Source of the DNA: Planctomycetaceae bacterium
Lineage (GTDB): Bacteria > Planctomycetota > Planctomycetia > Pirellulales > Pirellulaceae
Assembly (NCBI GenBank): GCA_007121535.1
Contig: SKKK01000168.1
Coordinates: forward strand, 16,956-80,955
DNA: 64,000 bases
Direction: 5' to 3'
How positions within the stretch are numbered: position 1 is the first letter of the stretch; each line of letters begins with the position of its first letter. The notes beneath the pieces were generated by a model. The model worked only from the letters and a program-made list of their open reading frames with translations, was not told the DNA's origin and made no database searches. Position numbers and translations under genes: made by a program. Shown here piece by piece: positions 57,016-64,000 of this stretch.

Positions 57016-57633
57016 ATGCTTAGGCAAGGGATCGAGACGATGATTGAAATCAAATACACTGGCGACGCACTTTGGGAAAGGATTGAACGAGCCGTGGAAA
57101 AAGTGAAGGACCGCCTGCGTCGTGTAACTCGCGCGTTGAATTCCGCCAACATTCCGTACGCGGTCATTGGGGGTAACGCCGTACAGCACTGGGTTTCCCA
57201 AGTCGACGAATCGGTCGTCCGAAACACGCGCGACGTGGACATTATAATGAATGAATCGGATTTGGAGCGAGCCATCCGGGCTTTGGCGGTCGAGGGATTC
57301 ATCTATCGACGAACTGCCGGAGTCACCATGTTTCTGGATGGCGCGGACGCCAAAGCGCGTGACGCAGTCCACGTCGTATTCGCGGGAAAGAAAGTCCGCG
57401 AAGAATACCCCGAACCGGTTCCAGAAATCGACAGGTACGAACTCATGGAAGACGTCCGTACGTTACCGTTCGAGCGCTTGGTCGCGATGAAGTTGACCTC
57501 CTTTCGAGACAAGGACCGTGTTCATCTCCGCGATTTGATATCCATCGGCCTGATCGACCGGAGCTGGCTCAATCGCCTGAGTCCAGAACTGCGAATACGA
57601 TTGGACAAACTGCTGAACGACCCCGATGGCTAA
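57016..57633 (+). CDS. nucleotidyltransferase-fold protein (AbiEii/DUF6036-like), putative
   Basis: IPYAVIGGNAVQHWV....RNTRDVDIIM (GG..[n]..D.D NTase pattern) and C-terminal KLTSFRDKDRVHLRDL. Alternative start ATG at 57040. Confidence 0.55.
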   Translation: MLRQGIETMIEIKYTGDALWERIERAVEKVKDRLRRVTRALNSANIPYAVIGGNAVQHWVSQVDESVVRNTRDVDIIMNESDLERAIRALAVEGFIYRRTAGVTMFLDGADAKARDAVHVVFAGKKVREEYPEPVPEIDRYELMEDVRTLPFERLVAMKLTSFRDKDRVHLRDLISIGLIDRSWLNRLSPELRIRLDKLLNDPDG

Positions 57634-57857
57634 TGGCCGCGTCTGGTCCTTCAATGCTATGTCTCACAGTTTAGAACGAAATCCCGTCACCGGATTGGGA
57701 ACTCGATTGGCATCAATATCTGATTCTGTTGAAGTGGAGTCCCGCAAGATCAGCGTGGCTGAATCGGAACGAGCGTGTTCAGTTTGTCGCATTCTGGCCT
57801 GATTTCGAAGTTTCTCGCACGCCCATTTCCATTCCGTGACCGGTGGTAGCCTGGCAT

Positions 57858-59906
57858 TCAGTCGATGGCTGCTTGCAAGTCTGGCAGATCGTAGACGGTC
57901 AGCGCTCCCTGGACCGTGTGGACCAGTTGATCGGAAGCCAATGGTTTCTCGACAACCTGCTCGAAGGACGGCAATGCTCCGTGGATCTCCACCGCACCGA
58001 AGAAACTGCGTTCCAGGGCGGCAGCGTGCAGAGCCGGAATGGCCGTTTGGGCACCGTGGGCGACCAGATGCACGCCGCCATCGCCGGGGACCAGGCTGCG
58101 AGCCACCCGAGCGGTGACCAGGATATCCTCTGCCCGCATCGCCACGTAGGAGCGGCCCAGCATGTACGCCACCGCGACGTTAGCGCCGTCGTGACCGTTG
58201 CGCGCACCGTACCACTGGTTCTGCTCGCTTCGCGTCTCGCCCAACCCCCGCAGATCGACGGCCAGCACCGCTTGGCCCGCCGCCACTCGCTGCTTGATAC
58301 CGGCAATCGCCGCGTCCGCCGACTTGCCCTGCTCGTCCAGCCACAACACGACTTGTTCCGCACCGTCGTCCGGAACGAACGCCAGCGCCGGCAGGACAAT
58401 TCCCGGTTCCGGCTCGATTACCCATTGATCGACTCGAAAGCCGTCGCGCTGGAACTGGCCCACGTGCCGCGGTTCGGGCACTTTCAACTGCTCCAGCCGC
58501 CGGATGCCCGTGATACGTCGCACTTCGTCCCACATCGCTTGCCCTCGGTCGCGCCAGGCCGCCTGGCGCTGCTGCCGCAGACGCACCATCAGGTCCCGGT
58601 TGATCGCATACACGTCCCGCGCGCCCTCGATATCCATCACCTGCCCCGTCGGTGTCACCTGGATCTCGGCCTCTGTCAAGACCTCCAGATCCTCCGGCTC
58701 ACGCACCTCTCGCTCCTGGCCGACCAGCCAGCGCAGCATCCAGGCGACGGTCGCTTCGCGCAGCCGGGTATGCCAACCGTGGGGGCCGACGGTTTCCACC
58801 AGGTCGATTTTTTCCGCGGCATTCAACCGCTGGAAGACAACTTGGGCTGTTTCGACCGAACTTCGCGTCCCATCGATCGGGAAGAAATCTTCGGTCGCCG
58901 CACAGACCAGCACGGGCATCGGCGCCCGCATGACCAGGTATCCCCAGTGATCCAAGCCCACACCCAACTGGCCCGCTACATTCTGCTCGGCGTCACCCGG
59001 CACGTCGCCCCGCTCCCGGATCCGGCCCAGCCAATGCTGGAAATCCGTAATGTAGCACGCCGGCGCTGCCGCCTTTAGACGGTCCTCGATGCCCATCACC
59101 AGCGACGTTTGAGTCCCGCCGCCACTGTTGCCGGTCATCCCCAGCCGGTTCGCGTCGATGTCCGCTCGCGACTCCAGATAGTCCAGGCAGCGCATGGCGT
59201 CGTGGATCATGAACTGAGCCGTATTGTTACCCAGCAGCATCGATCCGACTCCCAACGCATTGTGAGCCTGCGTGCCCCACACCACGGTGCGCCCCTGCTC
59301 GTCGCGCAACTGAATCCGCTCGCCCTGGTCGATCGGATCGAAGATCAAAGCGGCGATCCCATTCAAAGCCAGCAGCGCGGCGCCTTGTTGATATCTTGGA
59401 CTCGCCTTGCCATTCTGGGCGTGTCCACAGGCCAGCAGCACCGCAGGATACGGCGGCTTATAAGGTTCCGAGTCGGGCAGGAACAGGGCCGCCGTCACAT
59501 AATGTCCCGGCTGAGCTTCCAACAGCACCTTCTCGACCTGATACGCGTCCCGCTGGAGCGTGCCCGTCACTCGGGCATTCAACGGGGTGTCCATCGGCGG
59601 CAAGCCGCCGATTGCTTCGACGAACCAAGTTCGCATCGTCTGCTGCCACTGCCGGATCTGCTCGGGATCGGTGCGGTCCAGCATCGCTTGTCGAGCCTGC
59701 TGCATCTGCTGGTTGGCCTGGTCCAACAGGTAGCGGACCATCATCTGCTCCGCAGGCGCCTCGCCTGCCTTCCCGTCGAGCACATCCCACGCGGGCGGAT
59801 CAGCCCCCGCCGTTTGAACGTCCCCAACGCACCACAGACTGACCAACAATACGGCAAGAAGCCCCCCGCCGCAAGATCCCCGCAACGACCCAAAGCATTT
59901 CGTCAT
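57858..59906 (-). CDS. secreted alpha/beta hydrolase (GxSxGG nucleophile elbow)
   Basis: Signal peptide MTKCFGSLRGSCGGGLLAVLLVSLWCV.., LGMTGNSGGGTQTS. 682 aa. Confidence 0.8.
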   Translation of the reverse strand: MTKCFGSLRGSCGGGLLAVLLVSLWCVGDVQTAGADPPAWDVLDGKAGEAPAEQMMVRYLLDQANQQMQQARQAMLDRTDPEQIRQWQQTMRTWFVEAIGGLPPMDTPLNARVTGTLQRDAYQVEKVLLEAQPGHYVTAALFLPDSEPYKPPYPAVLLACGHAQNGKASPRYQQGAALLALNGIAALIFDPIDQGERIQLRDEQGRTVVWGTQAHNALGVGSMLLGNNTAQFMIHDAMRCLDYLESRADIDANRLGMTGNSGGGTQTSLVMGIEDRLKAAAPACYITDFQHWLGRIRERGDVPGDAEQNVAGQLGVGLDHWGYLVMRAPMPVLVCAATEDFFPIDGTRSSVETAQVVFQRLNAAEKIDLVETVGPHGWHTRLREATVAWMLRWLVGQEREVREPEDLEVLTEAEIQVTPTGQVMDIEGARDVYAINRDLMVRLRQQRQAAWRDRGQAMWDEVRRITGIRRLEQLKVPEPRHVGQFQRDGFRVDQWVIEPEPGIVLPALAFVPDDGAEQVVLWLDEQGKSADAAIAGIKQRVAAGQAVLAVDLRGLGETRSEQNQWYGARNGHDGANVAVAYMLGRSYVAMRAEDILVTARVARSLVPGDGGVHLVAHGAQTAIPALHAAALERSFFGAVEIHGALPSFEQVVEKPLASDQLVHTVQGALTVYDLPDLQAAID

Positions 59907-60343
59907 CTGTTTTTCTCCTGGTAAGCATCACGACCGCCACTTGACCCCGCCCAATATACCACAAACCATTCCAGGCCGCACTCTTCCGAAAAGGTGCCGC
60001 CCACCAATCTTGGCCGCAGTTCGTCTGCCGGTTCGCCGCACGCGATGTCGGCGGATGCACAGCGCAACGGCAAGCATCATCGTTCGGGGCAACGTCTGGT
60101 CCGTGAATGTTTTTCCGGCACGGCCGGGTAGATGGCTCGCAAGGCCTCGACAGATCGCATGAGTTTGTTGACGTTCCGTTCCGAATCTCGCGTGGCCTCA
60201 GTTTCGATGGCGGCTTTTGCCGGCATTTGCCGTAGCGCGTGAATTCGGACCGAAACAGCATTGTTTTTCCGGTAGGGCCGAGCCACAATAGGAAACGGTA
60301 CGGGCATCATGGCCAAGGCTTTGGTTGCTTGAAGGAGGTTCGC

Positions 60344-63300
60344 ATGCGGGTTCTAGCCATCTCCTGCTGGGTATTGAGCGTGTTGTGGTGCGCGATCGGT
60401 TGGTCCGATGGCGGAACGACGCCGTCCGGTTCGAACATCGAGGCGTCCACTTGTCGCACCCGAGAGTTGATCGACCTTGATTACGTCGAACAGTTCTTGC
60501 TGTATCAGATCCGGACCTTGCGAGATCTTCCGGCGCGAGCCGGGCCCGTTTCGACGTCTGCCGATGCGATGGGTGCGGTGGATGGGATCAAGGATGGTAA
60601 GTATGGATTCCATACCGGCCGGGAACCTCATCCCTGGTGGCAGGTGGACTTGGAGGACGCCGGTTTGGATGGCATCGAACGAGTGGTGATCTACAACCGC
60701 TTGGATTACCCGCCCGGCGTCGCCAATGCTACCCGGTTGGCGATTTTGACTTCGAACGACGGCCACACGTGGACGGAGCGATACCGGCACGACGGCAGTC
60801 CCATCGGTGGGGCGATCGAAAACGATCCTTTGGTCGTGCGCTTTGCACCGCAGCAGGTGTCGGCGCGATGGGTGCGAATTCAACTGATCAGCGAAGAAGC
60901 CATCTGGCACCACCTGGATCAAGTGGAGGTTTACGGTACCGCCGATCCGCAAAAGAACCTGGCCGCCGGTCGTCCTGCAGACCAAAGCAGTATCAGCCCC
61001 TGGTCGGTGAATCGCGTGGTGGCACTGGACTTGCCGCCCGAACAGCGGCGCGCTGCGGGTCAGTGGCTGTCCGCGATGGATGCACGCGATGGATTGAATC
61101 CAAGACCCGTTTCCGGATTCATCTCCGGTCCGCTGCTCAAGCGATACGGAGCGATATGCGCGGATCGAGGCCGCGCTCAAGCCGAACGTCTGGCACGGCA
61201 GGGCGTGTCGGTCGGCGACGCGGTCGCGGAACTCGACTATGCGGCGGGGCGCCTAAAGGCTCTGCCGGACGATGCACCGACCGAACGGTTGTTGGACGCC
61301 TATCTGGAACTGAGATGGGCGGTGCGCCAGATCGTTTGGCGGCACCCGGCATGGGATGTCGAAGCGTTGCTTTTCTACACGCGTCGCGATGGTTTGATCT
61401 TCCCGGATGTCTCCAGCATCGCTTTGCCGTGGGTGGGATCGCCCGGCGGTGACTTGCAGGTGCTGACCGTAGATCGGACAGGTCAAACCTTTGGCTCAGT
61501 CCGTCCGTTGTTGAAAGACCGTCTGGCTCCCGGCCACGTCCGGGGATTCGATTTGCACTTCGATGCCCGTCGCCTGGTGTTCGCCTGGACGCACAGCGAC
61601 AAGGATTTTTCCCGGCATCCCGTTCGGCCGGGCCACGAAACCTTCCAGCAGATGGGCTCGGGGTGGATCTACGAACTGTGCCTGGACAGCGACACCATCC
61701 GGCAAATCACCAGTGGCCAACGGGTGCATGATGCCGAGCCCGCCTACCTGGCCGACGAACGAATCGTTTTCATGTCCAACCGCAGCCGATCCAGCATGCA
61801 GTGCAACCAGGGGCAACACGAAATCCACCCCAGTCTGTACGCTTGTGACCCGGACGGTAGTCGCCTGGAACGCTTGGACAACAATCTGACGGGCGACTAC
61901 AACCCGCGTCTGCTGAACGATGGCCGGATCGGCTATATGCGATGGGAGTACAACGAGCGCTCGTTCAACAATCCGCATGCCTTCTGGGTCATGCGACCGG
62001 ACGGCACCTATCCCGAACCGATCTACGGCCAGCATCTCAGCAACCCGATCATGCACACCAATGCTCGGAACATCGCCAATAGCCGCAAATTCATGTTGGT
62101 CGTTTCGCAGCACTACAACTTTCAACGCGGCGTCCTCGGCGTGCTGGATCCCTCGCTGGGTATCCGGAACCCCGATGCCGTCCAGCCCCTCTTGCCCTGG
62201 ACCTCATGGCAAGGGATGAGCGGCATGCCGACCACCAACGCCGAACGGGGTTGGTTCGCCGACCCTTGGCCGCTGGCCGAAGATCTGGCGATCTGTTCGT
62301 ATGATTACTCGCCCGACCAGTACCAAGTGAACGGCTTCGGCTTGTATTTGGTCGATGGTAGCGGCAACCAAGAGTTGATCTACCGCGACCCGGACTTCTC
62401 TTCCCATCACCCGGTGCCGTTCCGGCCACGAACTCGACCACCTATTCTTCCGCGAAGCTGTGACTCGCCGCCCGCCCAATCGCCGCCGACGTCACCCATC
62501 GGTTACCACAACCAGGCAGGGGAAGGACTGCTGTTGCTGACCGATGTCCTGTCAGGATTGGAAAACGCCGTCTTCGAAACGCCCCAGGACGCTCCCCGTT
62601 ATCTGCGAGTCAGTGAATCGATGGTGCTGCCCTATTTCGATTGCGTGGGCCAGACCGTGTACCGGCATGACGGATGTGACAGCGAGAACTGGACCCCCAA
62701 GCGGATCGTCGGCGACGTGCTGCTGCAACCGGACGGCAGCGCGCATTTTTCGGTCCCCGCCGATCGGTCATTGTACTTCCAACTGCTCGACGGCCACGGG
62801 CGCGAAATCCGGCGTATGCGTTCCTGGGTCAGTTTGAAGTCTGGCGAGGTGCGTTCCTGTACCGGGTGTCATCAGGAACAGATGACTGCGCCGTCGGCAC
62901 ATACGGGAGTATCGTTAGCCGCCAGCCTGCCCGCTGTGACGCCCGTACCGCGAGTCTCGTGGGACGATCGACCGGTCAGCTTTCACCGCGACATTCGCCC
63001 GATCCTGGATCACGCCTGTGCGAGTTGCCATACCGGGCTGAAGCCCGCCGGCCAACTTGATGTCACCGATCCTCAGGCCGCTCAGCGGCTGCAGTCCCTG
63101 GCCGCTTTTTCGCCGGCGATGGATGGAGCTTGGGTCAGCCAAGTTCATCAGTTCGGTTCGCATCGAGCCCCCCTTTTCCAAATCCTGACAGACGAAGCGC
63201 ACGGGGAAACGTTGAACCTGAGCGAGCAACAATGGATCGACTTGCGAGCTTGGGTCGATCTGAACGCCCCCATCCACGACCGTTGCCGCATCGTGTGTTC

Positions 63301-63724
63301 CAGCGTCCAAGCCCCGTACGGCTATAGTCCCCAAGGCGATATTCTCTTGCCACCCGCCGACGCGCGTTCCGTATCGATGGAATTGGACGATACCATTCTT
63401 CATCCTGTATTCGAGCGGCGCTGCGCGGCATGCCACGAGCATCCCGAGTTAGTATTCCGCTCACACTGGGTCGACATGCAATCCCCATCGGCCAGTCTGT
63501 TCTTGCAAGGTCCGTTAGCCGCCTCTCCCGGCAGCGGGTCACGTTGCGGACCGGCCGTTTTTGCCGACGCGGATGATCCCGACTATCGGAAACTGCTCGA
63601 TCACCTGCATTCCGCCCTCGCCGATGCTTGGCGGCATCCCGATTTGGACTTGATTCCCCTGGTAGAAGATGGCCGAACGCCGCGATGGGTGACCTTTGAC
63701 CAGGGGTATAGTGCGCCAAAGTAA
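60344..63724 (+). CDS. secreted F5/8 type C (discoidin) + PD40-like propeller protein with three CxxCH motifs (paralog of 25683-27872)
   Basis: GAAGGAGG RBS and a signal peptide. AVDGIKDGKYGFHTGREPHPWWQVDLED...VVIYNRLD (discoidin); SCTGCHQEQ, FHRDIRPILDHACASCHTG, RRCAACHEH. Confidence 0.85.
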   Translation: MRVLAISCWVLSVLWCAIGWSDGGTTPSGSNIEASTCRTRELIDLDYVEQFLLYQIRTLRDLPARAGPVSTSADAMGAVDGIKDGKYGFHTGREPHPWWQVDLEDAGLDGIERVVIYNRLDYPPGVANATRLAILTSNDGHTWTERYRHDGSPIGGAIENDPLVVRFAPQQVSARWVRIQLISEEAIWHHLDQVEVYGTADPQKNLAAGRPADQSSISPWSVNRVVALDLPPEQRRAAGQWLSAMDARDGLNPRPVSGFISGPLLKRYGAICADRGRAQAERLARQGVSVGDAVAELDYAAGRLKALPDDAPTERLLDAYLELRWAVRQIVWRHPAWDVEALLFYTRRDGLIFPDVSSIALPWVGSPGGDLQVLTVDRTGQTFGSVRPLLKDRLAPGHVRGFDLHFDARRLVFAWTHSDKDFSRHPVRPGHETFQQMGSGWIYELCLDSDTIRQITSGQRVHDAEPAYLADERIVFMSNRSRSSMQCNQGQHEIHPSLYACDPDGSRLERLDNNLTGDYNPRLLNDGRIGYMRWEYNERSFNNPHAFWVMRPDGTYPEPIYGQHLSNPIMHTNARNIANSRKFMLVVSQHYNFQRGVLGVLDPSLGIRNPDAVQPLLPWTSWQGMSGMPTTNAERGWFADPWPLAEDLAICSYDYSPDQYQVNGFGLYLVDGSGNQELIYRDPDFSSHHPVPFRPRTRPPILPRSCDSPPAQSPPTSPIGYHNQAGEGLLLLTDVLSGLENAVFETPQDAPRYLRVSESMVLPYFDCVGQTVYRHDGCDSENWTPKRIVGDVLLQPDGSAHFSVPADRSLYFQLLDGHGREIRRMRSWVSLKSGEVRSCTGCHQEQMTAPSAHTGVSLAASLPAVTPVPRVSWDDRPVSFHRDIRPILDHACASCHTGLKPAGQLDVTDPQAAQRLQSLAAFSPAMDGAWVSQVHQFGSHRAPLFQILTDEAHGETLNLSEQQWIDLRAWVDLNAPIHDRCRIVCSSVQAPYGYSPQGDILLPPADARSVSMELDDTILHPVFERRCAACHEHPELVFRSHWVDMQSPSASLFLQGPLAASPGSGSRCGPAVFADADDPDYRKLLDHLHSALADAWRHPDLDLIPLVEDGRTPRWVTFDQGYSAPK

Positions 63725-63850
63725 CGTTGAACGTTGTCCGTCGAACGTGGGAGACGTTGGTTCATGGACTCATTCGTCCATTCCGTCGACAGTCGACCAG
63801 CTTCGCCAGCGATCGCCGGGGGGAATGCGACGCCGTGGAGGAGTATCGTG

Positions 63851-63912
63851 GCTGAATTCGCCAGAAGTCGGCTACTTTTTTGAGCATTCCGAATTCTGGC
63901 GAATTCGGCTAC
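63851..63912. repeat. BIME/REP-like units (63851-63875 degenerate, 63889-63912 canonical)
   Basis: GCTGAATTCGCCAGAAGTCGGCTAC and CCGAATTCTGGCGAATTCGGCTAC. Confidence 0.8.
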
Positions 63913-64000
63913 CATCCTCTTGCACGTTTCGATGCCTTCGACGCGCTGGAGTGCTTCGATTCCGATTTCGCGTCGGACATCGGCGGTGCCGGCGAGGTCA

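Noticed and set aside
50793-57633. Retron-associated PtuAB (reverse transcriptase + msr/msd ncRNA next to the ATPase/HNH pair)
   Set aside because: No ORF with RT motifs (YxDD) lies within or next to the locus, and I saw no obvious msr/msd-like inverted repeats in 50793-51060. The ATPase is fused to upstream domains instead.
57843-59078. 411-aa plus-strand ORF
   Set aside because: Antisense to the alpha/beta hydrolase gene (GxSxGG motif, signal peptide).
60077-60316. 79-aa minus-strand ORF in the 437-bp gap before the 60344 gene
   Set aside because: No RBS or motif support. It overlaps the likely promoter/RBS region of the plus-strand gene. Kept as non-coding.

Overview
High-GC chromosomal segment. 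By gene content it is most likely from a planctomycete of the Pirellulales type: DUF4058, PSCyt-like CxxCH/PD40 giant secreted proteins, Tat-signal Gfo/Idh/MocA and NIPSNAP proteins, and double zinc-ribbon membrane proteins. This assignment is inference only. I support about 50 protein-coding genes.

Most are housekeeping: truA (3' fragment), accA, dtd, tpx, serA-serC, rpoD, tsaB, lspA, an RNase E/G gene, ptsI-ptsH-ptsN-hpf, an RluA-family synthase and a MacA/MacB-like efflux pair. I recognised no rRNA, tRNA or CRISPR array.

The main finding is at 51061-56840. A single 1591-aa ORF joins WD40 repeats, a Roc-type small GTPase with a COR-like region, a zinc ribbon, a TIR-like domain and a C-terminal PtuA-like ABC/AAA_15-21-type ATPase. 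Its stop codon overlaps (ATGA) the start of a PtuB/TIGR02646-like HNH nuclease gene. I read this as a Septu-related defence module carrying a very large sensor/effector fusion that I do not recognise as a described architecture. A nucleotidyltransferase-fold gene follows, separated by a truncated intergenic repeat.

The intergenic space is a mosaic of at least four short repeat families:
- BIME/REP-like GAATTC palindromes. One copy supplies the C-terminal tail and stop codon of accA.
- A strand-polar GGGCAGGGCAGGGGGG motif prone to G-quadruplex formation.
- A roughly 125-nt hairpin element.
- GGTCTC-type terminator-like hairpins.

Other accessory items:
- a DUF433/DUF5615 toxin-antitoxin cassette bracketed by direct repeats
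- a decayed RelE/ParE toxin next to an intact Phd/YefM antitoxin, in a stretch that looks AT-richer by eye
- a four-helix-bundle/zinc-ribbon gene with an internally deleted second copy
- a secreted peptide with 18 Cys in 60 residues (metallothionein-like), followed by a roughly 135-nt hairpin
- an orphan beta-class DNA methyltransferase

All family assignments come from reading motifs in the supplied translations. No database search was run.
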